A DNA stretch of 64,000 nucleotides, taken from Takakia lepidozioides (taxonomy: Eukaryota > Plantae > Bryophyta). The DNA is taken from the NCBI GenBank assembly GCA_030704615.1, contig CM060731.1, positions 29,140,001 through 29,204,000 on the forward strand. Direction: 5' to 3'. This document shows positions 52,536-64,000 of the stretch, piece by piece. Position 1 is the first letter of the stretch. The number at the start of each line of letters is the position of its first letter. The notes under the pieces were generated by a model. The model was not told where the DNA came from. It saw only the letters and a program-made list of their open reading frames with translations, and did not search any database. The translations under genes and the position numbers were made by a program.

Positions 52536-53811
52536 GGCCCCGGCCGCACCAGCAGTTAAAGGGCATGTTATGTTATACTTAGCAGTGATTATCTTTAAGT
52601 TACGGCCGCACCATACTGTTAGCGATTGTGCTACATTTAACACAAGCTAGATTTAGCTAACAGTCCCCTTTCGTTTTAGCAGTCCCCCTCCCGTGCAGCT
52701 AAATTTAACTGTCCTACGCGGTGCGTCCATTAGTTTCAGGCAGCTGCCCGCGGGGAAAACCGTCCCGTGGAGCTCTCCGTTCTTTCGTGGAGCTTTGGGT
52801 GTGTGCAGGAGGCTGGAGCTTGGGTGTGCGCAAGAGGCTACTGTAAGCAACGTCTCATAAATACATGCGGAAGTTCATCCATGGTATGTCTGAATTGGAG
52901 CTGCGGAACTGTAATATAGGACTAATGGACTCATGGGGTTACTGTCCTTACCAGTAACCCCACCCTCAAGCATTCAATTTTAGAAGTAAGATTTCAATAT
53001 CAGTTTTGTGTGAATATGAAAATGCATTACTTTCCTTATTTGCAAAAAGTTTGGAGGTTAGATTGCAAATGGTTTCACCATTTGGGTGTCCCCAGGTGTA
53101 AATATGTGCCAAACAATTTGTATTATGCTTGCATTGTTGCATATGTTGGGAAGGGAAAGACAGAGTTGTAAGTGGCGAGATTTGCAGTTGAGTCCTTGGG
53201 CAGGGCATAATGAGGCTTGCATTCCAAATATGCCCTAGTCTTGCATCTAACTCCTCAGAAGAAACCCCTCTCGGTTGGGTAACATTCTCAGTATGAAACT
53301 GTCCTAGCTCTTTCACAGCCCATAAAGTCCATTTCTCATGATTGAGTTTTTACTGTAATTGGAAGAAAATGAATGGCATAGTTGCAAGTATTGAAGGAAA
53401 ACAACATTGCAGTTTCATATTGGAGCAGCCATCTACTATCGGACCACAGAGGTTTTGTACTTTTAGTATCCAACTGCAAGGCGCACTTTCAAGCAAACCT
53501 TCAAGCTGTGACACTGACACATTGACAAGACATGCCTCAGACGACGTTGTAGACGTCATGACAGCCGAAAGAGGAATGAGAGAGGAAGACTTGGAGGACT
53601 TCCATGCCCGTGCCCGTGCCCGTGCAGATGCTCGAACTGCCTGTGCCCGTGAGGACTTGTTGGGCAAAACATATCACCTTTAACATTAGCTATACGTAAC
53701 GCTAACTGTCAGTGCGGCTTCTCGTTAGCTAAATACCTAACATGCCCTAGCAGACCTAATTTTAGCGGACCTTAGCAGGGATGCTAGGTAAGAGCTGGTG
53801 CGGCCGGGGCC
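52536..53811. mobile_element. Non-autonomous Harbinger-like element with 18-bp perfect TIRs
   Basis: GGCCCCGGCCGCACCAGC at 52536 and its reverse complement ending at 53811; TAA on the left, imperfect on the right. Confidence 0.75.
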
Positions 53812-54574
53812 TTGGCTGCGAAAGAATCATAAGCTACTGTACTATGACGAAGTCGGACAATCTGCCATGCATCAATCAGTATGAGGTTGATTCTCTTTTG
53901 AATCAAACTGAAACCACGTTTTACCTTACTCAACTTCAATAATAACAAAAGATGAGAGTCACCACAAGCTTGAACATTTTAAATTTTTAACTGCTTTAAT
54001 GTTATAGACTCTTCGTCCAATGCTTCCTCAAACTAGAGCGGCCTCCCATCTCGGCGCAATCCTTATGTAATAACTCGTTGCATTGCAACATCTCGAATTA
54101 TACCTACAAAGACAAACATTATCAGAAATAGATCTATCATAGAAACTGAACAATATCAAGTGACGAATTACACGTACTTTGAATAAGATTTGGGGTCTTG
54201 ATTGTTGGATAGGTCCTTCCCATACTCAATCTGGACGAACGCATCTTCTATCCTACTATATTTTCTTGCAACAAAATCTCACTAATTGTAAAACATTCAA
54301 TCTTTAACAAGCAACTAGTTGCATAATGGCTCCACTCTTAAGATGTCATTTTCTATATCTGTATAGGAAGAGTTATAAAATATCAGAATAAAATAAATAA
54401 AATTACTGAACAAAAAGAAATGTAACACTTGAAAAATAAATGTGAAACTTACAAACAAAATACATCCGTAGTAAAAACAAATTGAAATGTAAGTAACACA
54501 TATAAAAGAATAATTAAGAAATGAACTCAATATAATGGAATTGGATGTTATAGAATTGAAAGGAAACCCAAGAA

Positions 54575-54608
<34 letters not shown>

Positions 54609-57600
54609 AGAAAAAAACATTGGTTCCATTATGCCCCCATTGTGTCTCACTTTTGGCAGATGGTGACGTCCATGAAAGTTTTTATTTTTATTTTTATTTT
54701 TATTTTTATTTATTTATAAAATTGGTTTGAGCATATATTTTAAAGATAGACAATAGTATACTTAACATATTTAGTAAAGGGTCTAACCCCAAATATTATA
54801 GATATTATTTATTAAAAATTTCATCTTTAATGAGAAAAAAATTTAGGAGTCAAATCTTAGAGTGTATGACCATTTGTCCATATACCACCTGGCCATCCTA
54901 GATTATATGTTTGTATATTTATTAGTGAAAGATGATATCCCAAAAATTCAAAAGACAATATGCTATGGACTAATGAAAAACACATGTTTTTTGGTGTATT
55001 AAAAAGTCCATAGCTTAGTAAAAATGAGATAGATTTCCAAACTACTTTCACCTATTGAAACATTGCACATTGCACAATGTATACATATGACTTTTTGTCC
55101 TTATCACAATTGGTTACATTTAGATATGTTTTTTAGAGTCCATAGCACAAAAAACTATGCCGATGACAACATGTGTTTTGAGATTCAAAAGTCCATAGCA
55201 TTCTTATAGTTCATCCAATTTGCGAAAAAATTGTTACATTATATAGGTCTCGTAGGTGATATACAAGAACCAATGTCCTTTAAATAACAAGCGGCTAGTC
55301 GCGTAATGGCTCCACCCTAAGACTCTAAGTAGAAAATTTCCTTGAAATGTTACATTGAAATAAGATAATCACATATTCAAAGTATATTTTAAACATGTTC
55401 TGTATAAGAGGAAAATATTTTTATTTATAAAATAGAGAGACCCTGACAGAACTTTATTGATGTATGAATTATATATTAATGTACAATATTACACTGATCT
55501 TCAGACTTACAAATTATTAAAATATTGAAATGCTTGTTGAAATATTAACTGGAATACTGAAATACTTGCTAAAGAACTAGCTGAAATATTAAAATACTTG
55601 CTTGAAATACTTGCTAAGAAACTTGCTGGGATACTGAAATACTTGCTGAGAATCTTTTTTGAAATACTGAAATACTGAAATTTTATTGTACTAAAATATT
55701 GTAGCCATTTGAATCTGCTGAAATGCCTCCTTGGTTTGAAGTCTGTACCCTATATCTGACCAATTACATAGTTTCCTCACATCCCTAGAGGTGCCAGAAC
55801 ATTTCTTGTGGACTACCTCTCTTGGTCCTCTGTCAAATGGATTCATCACAGTGGACGTTCCTGATTCAAACAATTGTGTGACCCCTTCCTCCAGTTGAGG
55901 ATCTACTCTTGGAGGTTTCTTGTAACTACCCATCCACAATGACTCGGTGGTTCTCTTGTGCTTGAAATCTGGTCCTTCAAAATGGATCTGTATCCAGGCT
56001 CTTTCAGCTGTCTATGCCTCCACAACACAAATGCCTAGAATCTGCCCCTCGTTGCAAGTAGCTAAGGACGATTACTCATTATCCACACAGCTAACACCAT
56101 CACCACCTACCAAAAAATAGCTCCCATACTGAATTGCTGGTAACACTAGAAAAATGCGGGTGATGGAGAGGGAGATAACAATTTGAGACAAATTTTTTCA
56201 ATGCCTGTTGTTTGCTTCCGCTGTAATAGAACAGAGGCATTCACCTTTTTGCCTGATTGTCCCACCATTGACTGGGGTCTGACAAATATTCCTTTCAAAG
56301 ATTCTCCTCGTCCCTAATTGTGCTATTCAGAAATTTGCCTGCAACTACAGAAGTTGTAACATGTCAAAACATCAGACCACAAGAGATCCACCCAAATTTA
56401 CATTATAAAGCCCATTATGAAAAAGATATGTTCGTGTGGTTTAAGAAACCCCTTCGGAACTGGAGAAGAAAATAAGGCCCAAAAAAGAGGTGAACCCACA
56501 GTTCTCACTTCGGTCGATGTGATGGACAAGGAAACAAGCCTAAGATATTGAAGAAGGAAGGCACTCTCACCAAATCCTGAAACTTTCACAATACTTACCT
56601 TCAGCTGCATCCAACATTTCCAATTCACCCTCTACCCATGCAGGTTTCTTGTAACTATCCATCCAGGTGCCTCGTTGGTACTGTTGTGCTTGAAATCTGG
56701 TCCTCTAGGATGGATCTGCACCCACACTCCATCCTTGCCTTCTTTAGTTATTTTGTCTATAATGAAAATGCCTAGATTCCCCTCAGTGCAAGTAGCTACA
56801 ATAATAAAACCTATACAGGGGACACCGCTCCTTAACTTACCAAATACAGTTCCCATACTGAATTGGTGCCAAGATAAACAAAGGTGTGTGAGAGGGAGAG
56901 AGAGAGAAGGTCCTTGCCAGCAATGGCTCCAGTGTATTCTTCCAGCACAAATCCCCACTGAATACTAAATCTGTTGTGGGGTTTTAACGACCGTGGCATG
57001 GAAAAATAGCTGCTACATCAGACGGCCTCCACCTTAGATAATTGTTTTGGCTGTGGTTGCCATGTCATTTTCCTTCACTAACAAGCTTTGCCCCAGGTGA
57101 GCAATACAGATTTGCCACATGCCACCTAAAAGGCCTAGTCCCAGCATGATTATCTTCCTTTCAGACTGACTAGGGTCTTGAACTATTTTCCAAGTTTCTA
57201 TACATGTTAAGTTTTCATACAATCTTATTCTGTGGAACTGGAAGGTGGGATCAGAAGGGAAGTAAATGGCTTCACAAAAAGCTTTCGTGCTGATGAGATA
57301 CGAGACAGCCTGGAAGTTCCATACCAAGGCCACCTTCAACGGAAATGAGTTTTGATCACTACATTGGCAATTCCCTCATCCAAAAAACTTGAGGTTGATC
57401 CTGTAGAGATTCTGGTGTAAAATAGCAGGCATTCACCTTATTACCTCGATTGTAGTACCATTGCCTTGGGTCTGCAAAATATTCATTCTAGAGTTTCTCC
57501 ACATCTGTATTCTGGCCGTGAAGTGTACCTCCCACCTGCCGAGACAACGGAGGATGACCAGCTGAGAGGTCACTTCAAACGTCGGGTGGTTTCCTTAAAG

Positions 57601-58819
57601 CAAGCGGTAACTCAGTGTAAGAGAATAACAGCCCAACAGATATCAAAATCCCTCCACAACACCAGCAAAAATATCAAATCATCATGGGACATAAAGAGTC
57701 GACATTTACAAGACAAACACGCTGCCATCCTCCCATCCCTGCACGGCTTCTGTGCCATAAACAAAACCTAAAGCTTTTCAGCGAAGACCCTGCCATTCTG
57801 CATCCCGACGCAACACACGTCTTCCCTGCAAAAAAAACAACCCTATAGCTTTCTTTTAGTTCTTTCTTTGAGCTCTAAAAGATCAGCAAACAAAAAAAAT
57901 AAAATCAGAATGCAGGGTTTATATATATATATATATACGAAAGAAATTAAACCTTGCTCTTATCTTTATCATAGTTTTGTATAATTCCAAATTTTAATAT
58001 GAAATTACTTTCAAATATCTGCACTTCTGGCAGAATTATTATAAATAAATTTTAGACTCAGTTTTTTTTATAGTATTAATGTGATAGTGCTGTAATAAAT
58101 CTCATGAATTTTTAAGAGCTAAAAATATTTCACTTTTATTTTGTTTTTATCTAAAAATGCTTTTGTTTAAAAATGTAAGTATTTTCTGATCTCTAAGTTT
58201 CTGCTTTCTATTTTAATGTGTATAAATAAATAAATAAGCCTATATAAGCATATGAATATTTACATATGTAAGATTCATTTATGGGTCTTATCCAATCAAG
58301 GTACATTCAAGCTAACATTTAACTGGGGGAGGATTATGTGCTTCATGTAGGTACTATCTAGTGGAGGTATACCAGGATCTTACTCATTTTTGGCACCAAT
58401 GCGTGGTCTCTCCCTTATAGGGAGGAGCCAATAAAGATGAACTATTAAGAACAAAGAAAAAGATAACATGAAACACAGTCACTGAAAAACTGCCCAATGT
58501 CGTCCAACTGAGACATCCTATCCTGCAATTTGCCCCATTGCATTAAATTCCTAGAACTACAACTACAATATGGTAAATTTTCACAAATTTTCATACAAAA
58601 CGTGTTGATTGACAACAGTACCAGCAATAGGCACAAGCAGCTTATGCACAACCCCAACATGGGTCCCTCTATGCCCAACAGCTTGCTTCCACCATAACTG
58701 CCCATCAGCGGCAGCCAGCCAGGCTCTAACTTCCATGACTATAGCTGCTTATGACTATAGCAAACGACCTCGCTATTGAACTGGTCTGCACCTGATGGTG
58801 CTAGGGTAACCTATATTTG

Positions 58820-59468
58820 TTGGCGATGTGATGTCTAGTGAAATCATGAGTTCCATGTTTGTCGGGAACCATTTTCAGTTTCAGTGAAGCGCATACCATC
58901 AAAATCCAACGCAGTATGTAGCAGATTCGTAGGGGACTGTCACCAAGCTCGATCCATGGCCAGTGTGATCAATGGCTCCAAACTAAAAGGCATCTGTGTC
59001 ATAAGACAAAGCTACATCAATCCAAAACCGAATGGACTGCCAATCATCTCGTGTATAGAGGTCTCGCCTCTTGAGTACATTTGCAACAAGCACATTAATG
59101 GTTTTCCATCCTTTGGCCCTTCCTTTGGAATCTATTTGACGCTCTTGCTTCCTCCAGTGCCTCAAAATAGCCCTGCCGTTGAAGCAACTTCCTGTTTTAC
59201 CACAGGCTGGAGCTGGTGCAATTTCGAAGAAGAGTGATGTGGTCCCAATGTTGAGCATCAGCTCGGGGGCTCGTCCGCCATAGCTGCATATATACACAGG
59301 GAAGAAAACAGGAGAGACAAGCATAAACTTTCTGGCAGCTGCCCGAAATTAGTTTTGCAAACTGTTGCGCGTCAGTTTGTTAGTGGCCAGGTGCGGCCTT
59401 GGACTGATTTATTGGTGAACCTGCTAGCTATCGGGCGCTTTAGCAGCGGCTTGGTGCGGCCGGGGCCT
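58820..59468. mobile_element. Right end of a related Harbinger-like element
   Basis: TGGTGCGGCCGGGGCC followed by TAA at ~59453-59471, with the same subterminal GTGCGGCC motif. The left boundary is uncertain. Confidence 0.55.
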
Positions 59469-59567
59469 AATAAGAGAGGTAAAGGGGGTGTTGAAGGTCG
59501 ACCTAAATCTGATACGCCTGGTGCAAGTTCCGTACCAGCGGATTGGAATTCTGAATTGTCTGCTATC

Positions 59568-59680
59568 TCTGTCCATCTATGAGGTCAGCAAATACGTTAT
59601 CTGTCCATCCATGAGGTCAGCAAATATGTTTTCTGTCCATCCATGAGGTCAACAATTACAGACCCTGTCCATCCACGAAG
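59568..59680. repeat. 32-bp tandem repeat, about 3.5 copies
   Basis: TCTGTCCATCCATGAGGTCAGCAAATA variants. Confidence 0.8.
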
Positions 59681-60411
59681 TCTTGAATATTGCACGCACT
59701 AGGTCGGAAACCAAAACGAGGGTAGTAGAATACAGGGGGTATTCGTTGAGCCCAGAGCCAACCATAACGTGACACGTGGGCGAGATCGGGACCTGTTGGC
59801 TATAGATATTTATTTTCAAATTGCAAGCGTACAGTAGGTAAACCTGATCCAGGATTTGAGCCCGCGATCAGGTGTGGACAAGTGAGGTATGATTTGCGGA
59901 TTAGAGAAAAAGCGGGAAAGCCGTTAGCAGATTGTTGCCGAGGAGGTCGAAGGATTGCTCTCTCTCGCTGGCCTGCTTGTTCGATTTGCAGATCTGCGTG
60001 TGAATTCTGAAGCGCTCTGCATGGATCAAATGCGCTGGAGTCCGTGAATTTTTCGGAGCTCTCAATTGACTTAGTTTGAATTCGAGTAGCTGGGAAGGTT
60101 GGGCGTAATTCCTACAGCAAGGGGTGGTATCTGCTTCTAGTTGCGATTCCTGGGGGAGAGAGGCTGTGAGCAGAGGACTGGCACGTCCTAATGGTAGGTA
60201 ATGGTAGGTCAGAGTGGAAACTGTTTTGAATTTAGTGGGAGATCTTGGCTTTGCCACAGCAAGAGGTGATCTAGGAGGGCTTCGTTTGGAGGATTAGAGG
60301 GGAGTGCGGATCTGCTTGTGAGACGGAAGAGGGGCGTGGCTAGCGTACTTCGAATGCAGGCGCTGTTGTATCTGCGTGCATATGTTGCATGTCGCTTGCT
60401 GAACTGCACTC

Positions 60412-63352
60412 ATGGTGCGACGGCATGGCTGGCAGCTTCCTGCGCACACTCTTCAGGTTTGTTCAAATTTCCTGGAAATTGGAAAAGAATCCTCAATTGC
60501 TTTTCTGTCGTAAATTGAAGGAACGATAATTCTCATGTGAAGCATGCATGATTTTCAGCTCCTGCGTCTCCTCGCTTTAGTCAATACTTGGTCAACACTT
60601 CTTTAGGTTGCTACCTTACCAGCGAAACAAATCGGTTCAACTGTTCGCCAGTTTTCCCCTCCTTCAAAACCTGCGCACATTATCACGTGCGGTTTTATGG
60701 ATGCTGGTGAACGTATACCTGCTAGTTCTGCCATGATGATTTGCCCACATTGTCCTTGCCGCGGCCAGCTTTATGCAATTGTTGGTGAACTATTGGCTTC
60801 ACTATGCTGACGGACGCTCACAGTCAAGCCTGTTCGCCACTTGGCTAGCTGTTCCTGTCCTCTTGCTCAATGCAACGCATTACTGATTCCGGACAGAGCA
60901 TGGTTGCCATCCAAGCACCACCTGCGACCATCTGGATGTAAGGTGGTTTTCTTTTTTGGTTTAAATATTCATGTTTGGGACTTATATAGGTATGTACAAC
61001 TGGATGGTACTTTTGAAAGAACTCTGAGGATCACCTGCGCTGTAACCAGATTGTGGCGATCACAGTCTTCTTCTTGTTGGCCGTTGCATATTACGTCTTC
61101 TTGGCTCCTTTCTTGTGGTTTCACGGCTTGGAGGTCGCTGCTCTTGCAGTCTACTCTCCTCTGGTAGGATGTTCACATAACCTCTTTCTCTGACATTTCT
61201 TTCTTTCTAATGTAGTTAATTTAGGATATGGATCACACGTACTTGAATACCTTGGCATGAACTCCTATTGGTGAAAAGTGTTGAACTAGTGTGCAAGTGA
61301 TGCTGCTGAACACTTGCAGATATGAGGCATAGGACTAGAAAATTAGAAAAGAAAAAAATCCTCAATGATTTGAGTACGCATTAATGGTTAAAGTATGGAC
61401 AAGGTATTTGTTATCACTGGGACTAGGCCTTTATCTCTGATGCATAGGACCAGTATGGATAATTGTGCAATAACTTACCTATTGGTATTATGTGTTCCGC
61501 CACATACATCTCTCAACCTGTTAGAAGCGTAGCACATGACATTGGTTGCCTGTTAAGAGTGGCCTCCATATCAATTCTGAGCAAGGGGTGCTCACCATTG
61601 CAGGCTATTTCAGTGTTCTTTCTTTACATACGGTGCTCAGCAATTGATCCAGCAGACCGGGGTCTGTCTTCCAACCAGTCCCAATCCAAGCATGATGAAA
61701 ACTCCGCTTTCTGTGAGATATCGACAGCCATGAAACCCACAGTGCCTGCTCCCTTGCCTCCAGCCCTCTCCAGGCATTTGTCTGTGCTACCAGCCAACAA
61801 GCAGTATGATCGCAAGGCACCATATGTCGAACTGGGCTTGGTGGGGAATGACACTCCCATGTGCTCCTTATTGGGGCTCTGCAGTTTGTGTTGTGGCTGG
61901 GTGGCCACTGGTGACAATTGTTGGGATGACTCAAAGCTGCAGCAGACAGAGGAGGATCTCCTGATTTGCACTCTGTGTAACACTGAGGTAAGCTAGCTTG
62001 AAATTACACATTGTCAATAGAAAAGGCATGTGCTGTGAAATGGAACACGGGGATTGAAGCTACCACAGTCTATCGCTTGGGGTTCACAAGACCCAAAGGT
62101 CAATAGGTAAGCACTGTTTAGAACACTTGAGATACTACTGGTTACTACAGTAGCCTTTGGTGGTTAGCCTACTCATTATGGTATTGGGAGATACTTGTTG
62201 TAGGTACAACCAATATGCTGGAGCCAAGCCTCCTCAGTTAGGACCTGGGTGTCTGTGGCATTCTGCAGACTTAAGTTACAGGGTATAATAGAGTCTTAGC
62301 ACAATTTTATGGTGTTGCCAGTCTGCCGAAATCTTTTGAAAGGATGGAACGGGGTTTGAGTTGGGGGTGCCAGGTGGGCATTTTCAGCAAGCATTGTCAA
62401 AGTTGTGACAAGTGTGTTGATGGTTTTGATCATCATTGCCGGGTATGCTTGAACCTCTATTGCACTCTGGTTAAATTTGCTCGAGTGTTGAAGTCAGCAT
62501 AGGTGGTCCTTGTTTGATGATTATTGACCCACTGTTAAGTCAACATTTTCCTCCTGTCCCTGGAGGTAATAAGTCATGAAAAGTGGATAGCCAACATGAC
62601 TACTTGTGTTTTAATCCACAGCCATAACCCGTTGACAGGTGAAAAAGTTCCACTTAATCCTGCCAAATGATGCTTTTTGCGGCTCTTGCATACTATACTG
62701 ACATTTTAACATAACCTTGAATATTGGCTTTTGCAGTGGCTCAATAACTGTGTTGGCAGAAAGAATTACGCAACTTTTGTAGCACTGCTGGCCGCAAGCT
62801 TAATGCTAGTAAGCAGTTGTGTACTTTCCTGAACCATGGTTCTTTGGTGTACGTGCATTCTAAATATTCAAATGTGCTTTTCTAGTTTTACTTACCATGG
62901 CAATAGTCTCTGAGTACTCTTTGTTGTCTCTACCCACCAGGGGAGAGACTATGCATCATTGTAAAAACCATTTTAGTCCAATGTTCACGAGAAGTTCCCA
63001 ATATGTTATAATAGATCCCATACGATTCCATGTCCCTCGTGCCTGAAAGTGTTGGGTTGAAGATCCAGAGCATTGGAGAAAAACTTACTGTGATAGAAAA
63101 TTTAGTCACTTGAAAGACGAGCAGGACATAAGATTGACTTATCTATTCCTCCAGTTCCAAGAGTTTAATCTGTTGACTTTTTCTCCTATGAAACTTGGAT
63201 GTCTGTTTTGTGTGAAATTTCAGCTTGTTGTGGAGTGGGGAGTAGGAGTGGCGGTATTTGCACGCTGTTTTGTGGACAAGCGAGGAACAGAGGACCAGAT
63301 CATTGCTAAGCTTGGGAATGGTTTCTCAATAGTCCCATTTGCAACTGTTGTG
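60412..63352 (+). CDS. DHHC protein S-acyltransferase (PAT19/PAT20-like), 5' part; exons 60412-60456, 61050-61163, 61604-61987, 62374-62442, 62737-62808, 63224-63352; continues beyond the window
   Basis: [74 protein letters not shown]; all phase-0 GT-AG introns with no stops. Confidence 0.95.
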
Positions 63353-64000
63353 GTAATCTTGTGTTTCTTTTGTACTAAATTCTGTGCTGGATTAGTTTGA
63401 AGCTTGATCCCAGCAGAAACCTGTCCTCTGCAATTGCTGTGGTGCTTGCGATTTCATATCACCGCAATCCAGAAAATGGCTGTGGACACCATGAATTCAT
63501 GGGATGGGAAAACATTGAAAGCCTCCGAGGAAATGAAAGATGTAAGAATCAGGTTGCATTAGATAGGTCGGGAGCTTGTTCCAAGCCAAAATCTAGGAGG
63601 TCATGCATTCTTGCACTACAAATTGTGATGATTCCACCCCTGCTTACATCCCTGCAGAAGTTTGATAGCAGTGCATGTTTCCCAATTGACTTCGAGAGCA
63701 TTACATGATGTCAAGCACTTCGAATCTTGTATGTCCGTTGCCAGGTTTAGTTGAAAATACAGTCTGGAGATCTGATGAAATCTAGCTTAATTATCTTCAT
63801 GGGGTTTTTCAATTGTGCAGTACGTATTTTCGGTAGCCTTGAGACTCATTTTCGGCCTCATTGCAGAAATAGTGACGGGAATTGAGATGCACATTGTCTA
63901 CATTGATGTGGAATCTGGTAAGTTGAGTTTCACTGCCGTTGTTGCGTGGATACTGGTGCTTATTTTCCGTCTGTAGTTAATTTGGACTGTCAGTTGTGTG

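Overview
Eukaryotic, TE-rich nuclear DNA with GT-AG introns, most likely from a non-flowering land plant (bryophyte/lycophyte-like; inferred from a flavodiiron fragment and a self-priming Ty3 LTR element). All protein family calls are by eye from remembered motifs, not database searches. Host genes: (1) an intron-poor MSH1 copy (+, 3954-7183) that keeps the MutS ATPase and GIY-YIG domains but has lost its mismatch-recognition region at an out-of-frame junction; (2) an 11-exon IPT9/MiaA-type tRNA isopentenyltransferase (-, 22239-27592) with two frameshifts; (3) the first six exons of an apparently intact DHHC S-acyltransferase (+, from 60412). The rest is nested LTR, LINE and DNA-transposon debris and minisatellites. 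The most striking structure is at 8251 to ~18540. It is an unclassified element with ~340-bp terminal repeats rich in CAATTCAATTGAATTG palindromes. It sits in a Copia primer-binding site with a 6-bp TATGGG duplication and carries an intact 4-exon CCHC-zinc-finger/acidic-tail gene. It also carries captured pieces of ITPK, xylose isomerase and flavodiiron genes, and one end appears to have been inverted afterwards.
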